From an uncultured Gemmatimonadaceae bacterium (GTDB lineage: Bacteria > Gemmatimonadota > Gemmatimonadetes > Gemmatimonadales > Gemmatimonadaceae), in NCBI GenBank assembly GCA_963829055.1, contig CAWHHI010000004.1:32001-96000 (forward strand): 64,000 bases of DNA, read 5' to 3'. This document shows, in pieces, positions 51,915 through 61,315 of this stretch. Both the position numbers and the translations under genes were made by a program. Every line of letters begins with the position of its first letter. The first letter of the stretch is position 1. The notes below the pieces were generated by a model. The model made no database searches. It was not told the DNA's origin and saw nothing but the letters and a program-made list of their open reading frames with translations.

Positions 51915-54233
51915 ATGTCGATCGCCAAGTGGTTCTCCCGCCGTGCGTTGCTCCCCGTCGTCAGCATATCGCTGGCGGGCGGGGCGTTGCCTGGTATCGC
52001 ACTCGCGCAGGTCGTTCGGGGTGTGGTCGTGGACGAAGCGTCGGGGCGTGGCATGCCTGGCATTGTCGTCGTGCTCCTCGACTCCGCCGGAAAGCGCCTG
52101 GCGGGCGTGCTCGCCGACGATGACGGCCGGTATGCCATCCGCTCGTCCGTTCCTGGCCGCTATTCGTTGCGGGCCGAGCGTATCGGGTATGTCGCCCAGG
52201 CGCCGACGCCGGTGGTGCTCAAGAGCGGCGAGACCGTCGAGCTGCGTCTCGTGACGCGTCCGGTCCCGGTCGTGCTCGGCGCCGTGCGCGTCATTGACCG
52301 AACACCGTGTGTGGCCGCCGCGGCCGACGGACGGGAGGTCTCGACGGTCTGGGATGAGACCCGCAAGGCGCTCTACGCGACCGATCTGACGCAGCGTCAG
52401 GAGCTGTTCACGGCTCGCGTGTCCCGCTTCGAGCGTACGCGCGATGCGCGTTCGGGCAAGATCACAGGCTATCAGACGCGGCAAAGTAACGGCACGACGC
52501 GCAGTCCATTCGTGAGCATGGCGGCCGCGCAGCTCTCCGCTGACGGATACGTTAGGCAGGACAGAGGCGAGACGATCTACTACGGACCGGACGCGAACGT
52601 GCTCATGTCCGACGAGTTCCTGCGCGACCATTGCTTCCGCCTGCGCGCAGGCGATGGGGGGCGCAAGGGACTGATCGGACTCGCGTTCGAGCCTGTCCGC
52701 GGGCGCGACAAGGCCGACATCGCGGGCACGCTCTGGATCGACCGACAAACGGCGGAACTTCGCGACCTCGAGTACGTGTATCGCCTGCTGCCGAATCTTC
52801 CGAGCGACGCGAAGAGCGAGGACTTCGGCGGCCACATCGAGTTCCGGCACATGCCGACCGGGGCGTGGATCGTCGAGCGGTGGGTGATCCGCATGCCGGT
52901 GCTCGTGGATAGGGGACCGCTCACGACGCGCCCTTCGGCGGTTGTTCCCGGGACCGCGCCGTCACGCGTCGAGCGGGTGCAACTCGCGGCCGTGCGTGAG
53001 GAGGGTGGCGAGGTACTGGAAACGGTGTCGCGCGGAGACCGACGCGTCGCGGCGGCGAGCGCGGTCGCGACCGTTCGCGGCATCGTATTCGACAGCACGA
53101 GAATGCTGCCGCTTCGCGACGCACGCGTATTCCTCGACGGGACGCAATTCTCGACGCGCTCGGGCGAGGACGGCCGCTTCGCCATTGGCCAGGTGCCGCC
53201 CGGCTCATACGGGCTATCGGTCATGCACGCGCGCTTCGATTCGCTGAACCTGAGGGCGCCCGCCGCGACCGTGACGCTGCGCCCGGAAGAGGAGACGGTC
53301 ACGCAGCTGACAACGCCGTCGATGGCGACCATTGTCGCGCGCGATTGCACGCCGGAGGAACGGGCGGCCGGCCCAGTCGTCGTGCGCGGTCATGTCCGCG
53401 ACGCGCTCAGCGGCGAGCCCGCGATCGACGCGACGGTGCGGATCACGTGGAACCGCCTGAACACGACTTCGGCTGCGGTGCGAGGTGTCGCCGAGCAACG
53501 GGCCGTGACACGGACGGATTCGGCCGGACGCTACGACGTCTGCGGCCTTCCGGACGGCGTTAGGCTGACCATGTCGGCGACGACCGCCGATCGCCGCTCC
53601 GCTCCCGTGCCGATCGTCTTGCCCGACGATCAGATCAACGTCGTCGACATCGTAGTCGGCACGCCGGCAGTCGCGGCGGTGGCGCCGACGACGTCTCACA
53701 GTACCGTTACGCGCGCGAGCCCGGCGCGGAATGTGGCCATGCGGGAGTTCGAGCGTCGACGGCGGCGAGGGAACGGCGCGTACCTGACGCGCGTCCAGAT
53801 CGATCGCGCGCACGCAGCGCGACTCACCGATCTGCTGCGCGTACTGCCTGGCGTGTCGGTGACGCCGAGCGAGAATGGGGGACTCGTGGTGGAGCTCACG
53901 CGGTCGCGGCAATACACGTTCAATACGATGGCCGGAGCGAAAAGCGACAGCGCTGCGCCGCCAACGCAAGCCATCCCGAATCAGGTGGCAGGTCCTCTCG
54001 CGACGAAAAAGTGCCCGGCCGCGTTTCACGTGGACGGCCTTCCGGTCGAGGGTGGAGCGACCGCCGATCTCGAGGTGCGTCCGGAGATGATCGACGCGAT
54101 CGAGGTCTACGCTGGTGGCCAGGTGCCCATCGAGTTCGCTGCTCGCAACGCCGATTGTGGCCTGGTGATGGTCTGGACGCGGGCGTTCGCGGACCGGCCC
54201 GATCTCACACCCGGGCGCGATGGCGGCCGTTGA
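51915..54233 (+). CDS. Secreted protein with three carboxypeptidase-regulatory-like domains and a C-terminal TonB-plug-like domain
   Basis: VRGVVVD..DDDGRY, VRGIVFDS..GEDGRF, VRGHVRD..TDSAGRYDVCGLP; LTDLLRVLPGV, IDAIEVY, CGLVMVWTR; no beta-barrel. Confidence 0.8.
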   Translation: MSIAKWFSRRALLPVVSISLAGGALPGIALAQVVRGVVVDEASGRGMPGIVVVLLDSAGKRLAGVLADDDGRYAIRSSVPGRYSLRAERIGYVAQAPTPVVLKSGETVELRLVTRPVPVVLGAVRVIDRTPCVAAAADGREVSTVWDETRKALYATDLTQRQELFTARVSRFERTRDARSGKITGYQTRQSNGTTRSPFVSMAAAQLSADGYVRQDRGETIYYGPDANVLMSDEFLRDHCFRLRAGDGGRKGLIGLAFEPVRGRDKADIAGTLWIDRQTAELRDLEYVYRLLPNLPSDAKSEDFGGHIEFRHMPTGAWIVERWVIRMPVLVDRGPLTTRPSAVVPGTAPSRVERVQLAAVREEGGEVLETVSRGDRRVAAASAVATVRGIVFDSTRMLPLRDARVFLDGTQFSTRSGEDGRFAIGQVPPGSYGLSVMHARFDSLNLRAPAATVTLRPEEETVTQLTTPSMATIVARDCTPEERAAGPVVVRGHVRDALSGEPAIDATVRITWNRLNTTSAAVRGVAEQRAVTRTDSAGRYDVCGLPDGVRLTMSATTADRRSAPVPIVLPDDQINVVDIVVGTPAVAAVAPTTSHSTVTRASPARNVAMREFERRRRRGNGAYLTRVQIDRAHAARLTDLLRVLPGVSVTPSENGGLVVELTRSRQYTFNTMAGAKSDSAAPPTQAIPNQVAGPLATKKCPAAFHVDGLPVEGGATADLEVRPEMIDAIEVYAGGQVPIEFAARNADCGLVMVWTRAFADRPDLTPGRDGGR

Positions 54234-54245
54234 TGGCGGACAGTA

Positions 54246-55620
54246 ATGGCGGCTGCTGAAGTCGTGATCTGCGGCGCCGGTATTGCCGGCGCCGCTGCCG
54301 CGTATCACCTCGCCGTCCGCCAGCGCGTGCCTAACGTGGTGATCGTCGACGCGCGCGAGCCGCTGACGTTGACGAGCGACAAGGGCACGATGGGGTACCG
54401 CAACTGGTTCGACGGGCCCGACGACACCATGGCGCGGTTCGTCGGCCGGAGCGTCAGCATACTCGAGGAGATGGCGGACGAATGTGGCAACGCCTTCGAG
54501 CTATCGCGCCCCGGGTATGCGTTCGTGACCGCGGATGCGGGGATGCTGGAGCGGCTACGCGCGCAGGCGAGGCGGTTGGAGTCGTTCGGCGCCGGCGCCG
54601 TACGCGAACACCCGGGGCCCGTCCCGTACACGCCGGTGACCGGTTCAGGCGTGAACGGCCAGGGTTGGCGCGGCGTTCCCGATGGCGCTGACGTGCTGGC
54701 CGATCCACAGCTCGTGCGCGAGCACTTTCCGTTCGTCAACGAGGACGCGATCGCCGTCAGCCACGTTAGGCGGGCCGGCTGGATGGATGCCATGCGCCTC
54801 GGCAGGTGGATGCTGGATCAGGCGACCCGGAACGGTGCGCGCATCGTTCGGGATCGGGTGACGGGCATCGACAGCGCGGGCGGGCGGCTCCGCGGCGTTC
54901 GCCTCGAGTCAGGCGGTACGCTCTCGACCGGCGCGCCTCGCGATTGCCGCCGGCCCCGGACTCCCGGCCGCGCTCCGGATGCTGGGCCTCGACCTGCCCG
55001 TGTTTCTCGAGCTGCACGCCAAGTGTCGCTTCGACGACCGACTTGGCGTCCTGCCGCGGTCGGCTCCGTTCACGATCTGGACGGACCCCGTGCCCGATCT
55101 CGGTTGGAGCGCGGCGGAGCGAGCTCGATTCGCGTCCGATCCAGCGACGCGATGGTTGCTCGAGCCGCTCCCCGGCGGCCTGCACGTGCGACCGGTCGGA
55201 GAGGAGCGCGATGTCTGGCTCATCTGGACGTTCGAGAGCGCGGCGCACCCGTTCGAGTGGCCTCCCGTCTTCGATCCGCATCTGGGCGAGGTGCTGGTGC
55301 GCGGCTTCGCCCGCATGGCGCCGCGCGCGGAGGCCTACATCGGTGAGGGCGCGCGCGGATTCGTCGACGGTGGCTACTACGCGAAGACCCCGGAGAACCG
55401 GCCGATCGTCGGTCCGCTTCCGATCGAGGGCGTGTTCGTCACCGGCGCGCTGTCGGGTTACGGGATCATGGCATCGCACGCCGCCGGCGAGCTGCTCGCA
55501 GCACACATGACGGGTGGGTCGCTGCCGTCCTATGCCGACGCACTTGCGCCTGCGCGTTATGCGGACCCCGTCTACCAGCGTCGCCTGGAGAACTGGGACA
55601 CGAAGGCCGGGCAGCTCTGA
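54246..55620 (+). CDS. FAD-dependent oxidoreductase (DAO / sarcosine oxidase beta-like), frameshift near 54935
   Basis: VVICGAGIAG, AAGP, GGYYAKTPENRPIVGP, ALSGYGIM. Confidence 0.87.
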
Positions 55621-55624
55621 TGCC

Positions 55625-55744
55625 TGTCATCCCGAGTGCGGGAGCCCGCGCAGCGGGCAGATGAGGGATCTTGTCGAACGTCATCGTGGCCAGGCCTGCC
55701 ACGAGTACCTCACGGGAGATCCCTCGCTGCCGCTCGGAATGACA
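55625..55744. repeat. REP-like nested palindrome, family B
   Basis: TGTCATCCCGAG..GAGGGATCTT..ACGTCATCGTGGC..GCCACGAGTAC..GGAGATCCCTCGCTGCCGCTCGGAATGACA. Confidence 0.88.
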
Positions 55745-55747
55745 ACG

Positions 55748-56380
55748 ATGACAACGCGCGCTACCACACACAGATCGGCAGACACGTACGACCGCGACTA
55801 CTTCGACAAGTGGTATCGCAACCCGCGCTTTCGTGTGAAGACGCCGCGCGAGCTCGCACGGCAGGTGACGTTCGTCGTGTCTGCCGCGGAGCACATCCTC
55901 GGACGCACGATCCGCACGGTGCTCGACGTCGGCTGCGGTGAAGCCAACTGGCTCGCCCCCCTCCGGCGTCTCCGGCCACACGTGCAGTACACCGGCGTGG
56001 ACGCGAGCGAGTACGCGGTCGCACGGTTCGGCACCAGCCGCAACGTTCGCCTCGGTACGATCGACGCTCTCGACCAGGTGAAGCTGAGGAAAGACTACGA
56101 CCTCATCCTGTGCGTCGGGATGCTCAACTACCTGCCGCCCGCCCCGCTTCGGACCGGGCTCGCGCACCTCTACGAACGCGCGCACGGCCTCGTGTATCTC
56201 GAGCTGTTCACGAGCGCCGATCGTGGCGTGTTCGGCGATACGCGCGGGACGCGACTGCGGTCGGCCTCCTGGTACCGTGCGCGCATCCGCGAGGCGCGGT
56301 TCGTATCGTGCGGACTGCATTGCTACGTTCCCGATTGGCTGCGCGAGCACACGGCGGTGATGGAGCGGTGTGGCCGATAG
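55748..56380 (+). CDS. Class I SAM-dependent methyltransferase
   Basis: YDRDYFDKWY, VLDVGCGE, GVDASEYA, YDLILC. Confidence 0.88.
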   Translation: MTTRATTHRSADTYDRDYFDKWYRNPRFRVKTPRELARQVTFVVSAAEHILGRTIRTVLDVGCGEANWLAPLRRLRPHVQYTGVDASEYAVARFGTSRNVRLGTIDALDQVKLRKDYDLILCVGMLNYLPPAPLRTGLAHLYERAHGLVYLELFTSADRGVFGDTRGTRLRSASWYRARIREARFVSCGLHCYVPDWLREHTAVMERCGR

Positions 56381-58319
56381 TCGTGCGCCGTTAGGCGGGA
56401 TCGCCGGCCGCGCCGCCGGCGACGTCGCCGCCGACTATGCGTCACGTGGCGCCGCGTTCGCCGCTACCGAAACCGCGCGGCGCCACGAAGCTGAGCGAAT
56501 CTCGCAGCTCCGCCTGCTGGCGTTCGGGGTCGGTGTCGGAGCCGCGATCACTCTCGCTGGCGGATGGGGACCGCAGGCCGTCCTGACGGCACTCCTCGTT
56601 GTGGCGATCGCCGCCTACCTCGCCGCGGCCGCGCGACACCGAGCACGCCGGCGTCTCGCGTCGTGGGCTGGCGTTAGGCGCGTCGTGTGCGAGCAGGGCG
56701 CGCTGCGAGTCGCGAGGAACTGGACCGCGCTCGCGTCCCCGCTCACGGAACCGCCTCCGCGCGACCATCCGTACGGCGCCGACCTCGACGTCACCGGCCA
56801 TGCGTCACTCGCTCGGCTACTCGACGTGACGAGCGCCGGGCCCGGTAGGCGCACGCTCATGGCGTGGCTGCTCGGGGATGTCCCGCCGGTGAGCGAGCTG
56901 CGGGCGCGCCACGAAGCGGTGCGCGAGCTCGCGTCGGCAGTCGAGTGGCGGGAAACACTCACTGCTCACGCATGGACCGCCGGCGTCGCTCGTCGCAGCG
57001 ACGTCGAAAGCTTTCTCACGTGGGCCGAGCGGAAGCCGTGGCTCATCGAGCGGCGCGGGATCCTCTGGGCAAGCCGGCTACTGCCGTTCGTGATCGTGCC
57101 GGCAGTGGTGCTGACGGTCGCCAGCGTCATGTGGGCGAATGGGGTCGCACCGCCGCCCGCGCCCTGGCTCGTCGCCCTCGCGACCGTCGCGCGCGCGTGG
57201 TGGATCGTGCCTTTCGGCGCCGGCGTGTTGCTCTCCGCGCTCAGCCGGCGTGCGCTCACTGACGGTATCCAGATGGCCATGGCCCATCTGAGCGGACTCT
57301 CCGCGTACGCCGCAATGCTCGCGCACGTCGAGTCAGCACCGTTCAGCGCGCCGAGACTCGTGGGCGTGAAGCAGCGGCTCGGCAGCGGACAGGGCGCGGC
57401 GCGTGAGCTCGCACGGCTCGGCGCGATCGTGCGTCTCGCCGAAGCACGGTACTCGCCCATGGCGCACATGGTGCTTCAACTGCTCGGCCTCTGGGATTTC
57501 CATGTCCTCGCCGCGCTCGAGCGCTGGCAGCGGACGTCGGGCTCGCACGCGCGCGACTGGCTCGCCGCGTTAGGTGAGGCCGAGTCGCTGTCGGCGTTGG
57601 CGACGCTCGCCTACGACAATCCCGATTGGGTGACTCCGGAGTTCGTCGACGGCGCCGCGCGCGTCGAGGCTCAACAGCTGGGCCATCCGCTGCTGGCGGC
57701 GCACGCTCGCGTGAACAACGACGTCATGGTCGGTCCGCCGGGCACGTTCGTGCTCGTGACGGGATCGAACATGTCGGGGAAGAGCACGCTCCTGCGGGCG
57801 ATCGGCACGAACGTGGTCCTCGCGCAGGCCGGCGGCCCGGTCTGCGCGGCGTCGATGCGCCTCACGCCAGTAGACATCTGGACGAGCATACGCATCGACG
57901 ATTCGCTCGAGGCCGGTGTCTCGCTGTTCATGGCGGAGCTACGGCGGCTCAAGCGAATCGTGGATGCCGCGCGAGACCCTGCTCGTTCGCGGCCGCTGCT
58001 GTACCTGCTCGACGAGATGCTGCACGGCACGAACACGGCGGAGCGACGCATCGCGGCGCGCCGGGTGCTCAACTACCTGCTCGCCGCGAAGGCCATCGGT
58101 GCGGTGACGACGCACGATCTCACGCTGGCCGAGGATTCGTCACTCGATGAAGCGGCGCAACGGGTCCACTTCACGGAGCATTTCGAGCAGCGCGACGGCG
58201 CGATGACGATGACCTTCGACTACGAGCTGCGCCCGGGGCTCGCGACGTCCGCCAACGCGTTGAAGCTGTTGGCGATGATCGGGTTGGGCGACGAGGCCTG
58301 CCGCGTGCCGGGCAAGTGA
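56370..58319 (+). CDS. MutS-related membrane-anchored ATPase (MutS domain V, no mismatch-recognition domain)
   Basis: N-terminal TMs; HPYGADLDV; GHPLL; TGSNMSGKSTLLR; SLFMAEL; LLDEMLHGTN; TTHD. Confidence 0.9.
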   Translation: MADSRAPLGGIAGRAAGDVAADYASRGAAFAATETARRHEAERISQLRLLAFGVGVGAAITLAGGWGPQAVLTALLVVAIAAYLAAAARHRARRRLASWAGVRRVVCEQGALRVARNWTALASPLTEPPPRDHPYGADLDVTGHASLARLLDVTSAGPGRRTLMAWLLGDVPPVSELRARHEAVRELASAVEWRETLTAHAWTAGVARRSDVESFLTWAERKPWLIERRGILWASRLLPFVIVPAVVLTVASVMWANGVAPPPAPWLVALATVARAWWIVPFGAGVLLSALSRRALTDGIQMAMAHLSGLSAYAAMLAHVESAPFSAPRLVGVKQRLGSGQGAARELARLGAIVRLAEARYSPMAHMVLQLLGLWDFHVLAALERWQRTSGSHARDWLAALGEAESLSALATLAYDNPDWVTPEFVDGAARVEAQQLGHPLLAAHARVNNDVMVGPPGTFVLVTGSNMSGKSTLLRAIGTNVVLAQAGGPVCAASMRLTPVDIWTSIRIDDSLEAGVSLFMAELRRLKRIVDAARDPARSRPLLYLLDEMLHGTNTAERRIAARRVLNYLLAAKAIGAVTTHDLTLAEDSSLDEAAQRVHFTEHFEQRDGAMTMTFDYELRPGLATSANALKLLAMIGLGDEACRVPGK

Positions 58320-58398
58320 CGTCCTGACGCTCCGTTCCGTGACGGCTCGGTGACCGAGACCCGGAAACCAATCAAGAGTGCCCGGAGTATGTTTCGCC

Positions 58399-59895
58399 AT
58401 GCGCGTCGCCGTCATCGTCAGGCATATCCTGCCGTTCGTTTTTTCATTCCTCCGCGACCGGCGTCGCTGGATCGTGGCCGGCACCCCGGTGCCACGTACG
58501 GACGAGTTCCATCGGCGCCGTGCCGAGACGCTGGTCGCGGCTATCGGAACACTCGGCCCGACGTTCGTGAAGCTCGCGCAGGTGTTCGCGGGCCGCGCTG
58601 ATCTGTTTCCCGAGCCGTACGTCGTCGCGCTGTCGACGCTCACGGATCAGGTGCCGCCGGTTCCGCTCGAGGCGGTCGAGCGCACGATCGTCGAGAGCTA
58701 TGGGAAGGGGTCGGCCGAGCTGTTCGAAAGGTTCGAGCCCGTACCGATCGCCGCGGCGTCGCTCGGCCAGGTGCATCGAGCGTCGTATGAGGGTCGAGAG
58801 GTCGTCGTGAAGGTCCTGCGGCCGGGCATCGAACAGCTGGTCGCGTCCGACGTGAAAGCGGCGAAGTGGATTCTCAGCGTGCTCGAACGACGCTTCGCGA
58901 CGAATCCGCACGTACGCGGGCTGCGCGTGTCGGTCGAAGAGTTCGCGCTTCGCATTGGCGACGAGATGGACTTCCGCAAGGAAGCCGATAACGCCGAGCG
59001 GATCCGCGCGAACTTCGCGGGGAACCGGCGCGTGCTCATTCCACGCATCGAGCCCGACCTCGTTCGGCAGCGCGTGCTCGTGATGGAGTACATGGAAGGG
59101 GTGCGCATCGATCGCGTCGATTCGGCCGACGCAAGGCGTACCGCCGGTGCGCGACGCGCTCGGTCCTCGGACATCGTGGCGTCCGTCATGGAGCTCTACA
59201 TCCAGATGATGCTCGTGGATGGGCTCTTCCACGCCGATCCGCATCCGGGCAACCTGCTCGTGTCGGCGGATGGTCGGATCATCCTGCTCGACTTCGGAAT
59301 GGTCGTGCCGGTTCCGCGCGAAACGCGGTGGCACCTCATCCAGACGGTATTCGCGTCGATCAGAAAGGATGTGGACGGCGTCGTCGCGGGCTTCGAGGCG
59401 CTGGGTGTGATCGAGCCTGACGCCGATCCCGCCGTCGTGCGCGATCTCGTGCGCGCGCTGCTGGAGCTCGCGCATTCGAGGACGACGGTGCCGGAGCGGA
59501 TCGAGATGCTGCTCGCGGATCAGGTCATGGGCACGCTGTACGACTGGCCGGTGACGTTGCCGCGCGAGATGGTCTACTTCGCGCGGGCGGCGGCGCTCAT
59601 CGAGGGGCTGGGCGTGCACTACGACCCGCGCTTCAACCCGATCGTCTTCGCGGCGCCGATTGCCCTGCGACTGCGACGGCGCATCCTCGCGTCGCTCGGC
59701 GACCAGCCGACCCGCCGCGATCCTAACGAGTGGGTGTACACGCTCAGCGGCGTGCTCGGTGCGGTGGCCGGGGTCGTGACGCGAGCGGGCCGAAGCTTCC
59801 TCTCGCAGCTCGAATCGGAGTTCCAGGCGGCACGGCCGCTGAGCATCCCGACCCCCGAAGAGCGGCCACGGCTTCCGGCGGCGGTGAGCCAGTAG
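58399..59895 (+). CDS. ABC1/UbiB/AarF-family atypical kinase
   Basis: LGPTFVKLAQ, PIAAASLGQVH, VVKV.RP, FHADPHPGN, LDFGM. Confidence 0.92.
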   Translation: MRVAVIVRHILPFVFSFLRDRRRWIVAGTPVPRTDEFHRRRAETLVAAIGTLGPTFVKLAQVFAGRADLFPEPYVVALSTLTDQVPPVPLEAVERTIVESYGKGSAELFERFEPVPIAAASLGQVHRASYEGREVVVKVLRPGIEQLVASDVKAAKWILSVLERRFATNPHVRGLRVSVEEFALRIGDEMDFRKEADNAERIRANFAGNRRVLIPRIEPDLVRQRVLVMEYMEGVRIDRVDSADARRTAGARRARSSDIVASVMELYIQMMLVDGLFHADPHPGNLLVSADGRIILLDFGMVVPVPRETRWHLIQTVFASIRKDVDGVVAGFEALGVIEPDADPAVVRDLVRALLELAHSRTTVPERIEMLLADQVMGTLYDWPVTLPREMVYFARAAALIEGLGVHYDPRFNPIVFAAPIALRLRRRILASLGDQPTRRDPNEWVYTLSGVLGAVAGVVTRAGRSFLSQLESEFQAARPLSIPTPEERPRLPAAVSQ

Positions 59896-59921
59896 GGCGG
59901 CAGCGGTGCTGTCTCAGCTGG

Positions 59922-60143
59922 CTACACTCGGCCGGTTTGAAATGCGATGACGATGGTGACGAGCGCGGCGGTCGCGAGGACGAGGAACACGCCGAAGCCC
60001 GACAGGAGCCTGTCCCGGTTGGCCATCGCCGTGAGACCCGCCAGCGCCAGAACCATCGGCACGGCCCATGGTCCCGCCGCTTTTATAGTCGACGAGAGGA
60101 AGTCGTGGATGGCCGCGAACGCCTGTTCGAGCTGATAGCCCAC
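59922..60143 (-). CDS. Small membrane protein
   Basis: GTG start after AAGGA; two hydrophobic helices. Confidence 0.6.
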   Translation of the reverse strand: MGYQLEQAFAAIHDFLSSTIKAAGPWAVPMVLALAGLTAMANRDRLLSGFGVFLVLATAALVTIVIAFQTGRV

Positions 60144-60247
60144 CGCGGGTCCTTCGGGACAGGGTTCTCAGCTACGATACTGTCCCACGCGCAGTGTGTC
60201 CACAGTGGAGATGACGGAAGCAGGCGCCGTTACACGTTAGGCGAGCT

Positions 60248-60640
60248 TCACATCCCGAGCCGGACGTTGATGTCGACCATCAGTCCGCGCGGCGGCTGCG
60301 ACACGAACACAACGCGATCGGGCTCGGGCCGGATGACGATCCTCTCGATTGGCCCACGTCCTTTTCCGTGCCCCCTGTTGCCAATGCGGTAGTAGACGAC
60401 GCGCGTGCCCCGTACGACGTCCACGCGTACAACCTCGTAGCCGTGCGACACGAGCACGTCACGGGTAACGACGATCGCCTGGTCGGCGGTCACGACGCGC
60501 TTCTTCGCCTGACCTGGCGGTACATGGTCACCGTGAGACTTGCCGTTTCCTTTCCCTTGGGCGAGCGCGCCGCGGCCGGGGCAGATGAGAAAACCGGTTG
60601 CGAGCAGGCCGGCGGTGATGGCGATCCGATATCGACGCAT
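60248..60640 (-). CDS. Secreted hypothetical protein with PPGQAKK motif
   Basis: Signal peptide, GKGNGK, HVPPGQAKK, YYR.GNRGHGKG.GP. Confidence 0.75.
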   Translation of the reverse strand: MRRYRIAITAGLLATGFLICPGRGALAQGKGNGKSHGDHVPPGQAKKRVVTADQAIVVTRDVLVSHGYEVVRVDVVRGTRVVYYRIGNRGHGKGRGPIERIVIRPEPDRVVFVSQPPRGLMVDINVRLGM

Positions 60641-61082
60641 GAGGGCTCTCTGTTCAGATGGGATGATGAGCTCCATGCAAAGTGGCTGATTGCTGCGTCC
60701 GGCGACGTACGCGAAATCACAGTTGACGTTAGGCGTCATCGACATCGTGATGCGTCGCACCGCAGCTCTGGCTGGTGAGTCACGTCCGGGGCTGCGTGCT
60801 GCATGCTGGAACAGCAACGGCATTCACCGCGAGGCCACAGAGGGCGCTGAGGACTGCTTCAACCACCATCTCAGACGGAGGGGCGAACGGATTCGTCTGA
60901 TCTGGCGGATTGATTCCCTTGTCATCTGTCATCCCGGCGCTCGCGGCCCGCCGACCGAGGGAAGCGACCACTCCGCGGCAGCGACCGGCACGGCAGGACG
61001 GTACGACCGACGGTAGACCGGGAAAAAACGCGCAAACCATCGGTGCCTAACGGTCGCCTGGCGCTCGTGTTGTGCAGCACCG

Positions 61083-61185
61083 GTCCCAGGAGCGGCAGCG
61101 ACGAGGGACCTTCTGTGATGTACATCGTGGCCAGCGAACCTACGAGTACTTCACGGGAGATCCCTCGCTGGCGCTCGGGATGACA
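61083..61185. repeat. REP-like nested palindrome, family B (left end degenerate)
   Basis: CAGCGACGAGGGACCTT..CATCGTGGC..CTACGAGTAC..GGAGATCCCTCGCTGGCGCTCGGGATGACA; a further half-copy TGTCATCCCGGCG near 60927. Confidence 0.8.
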
Positions 61186-61315
61186 CCGCTCCTTCCTCCG
61201 GCCTCCTTCCTAAGACCTCGTTGATTGCTCTCGGTTTGTTGTAATGCTCTAAAGCAACAGCCAGCGGCGGCCGTTCCCGGGTTGCGATGAGGCGCTCAGG
61301 GAGTCAAACGGATGT

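Noticed and set aside
56370..58319. Calling this gene mutS or mutS2
   Set aside because: Only the ATPase domain plus TM helices is present; no mismatch-binding or Smr domain.
60780..61040. Short minus-strand ORF next to a REP half-copy
   Set aside because: No recognisable motif, and it overlaps a repeat remnant; coding status unsupported.
3481..61052. Octamer as a classical Chi or KOPS site
   Set aside because: Sequence differs from the Chi/KOPS motifs I know, and the 27:17 strand split is only mildly skewed; a lineage-specific equivalent is not excluded.
304..61185. Repeats as a CRISPR array
   Set aside because: Copies are dispersed and inverted rather than regularly spaced direct repeats with unique spacers; no cas genes seen.
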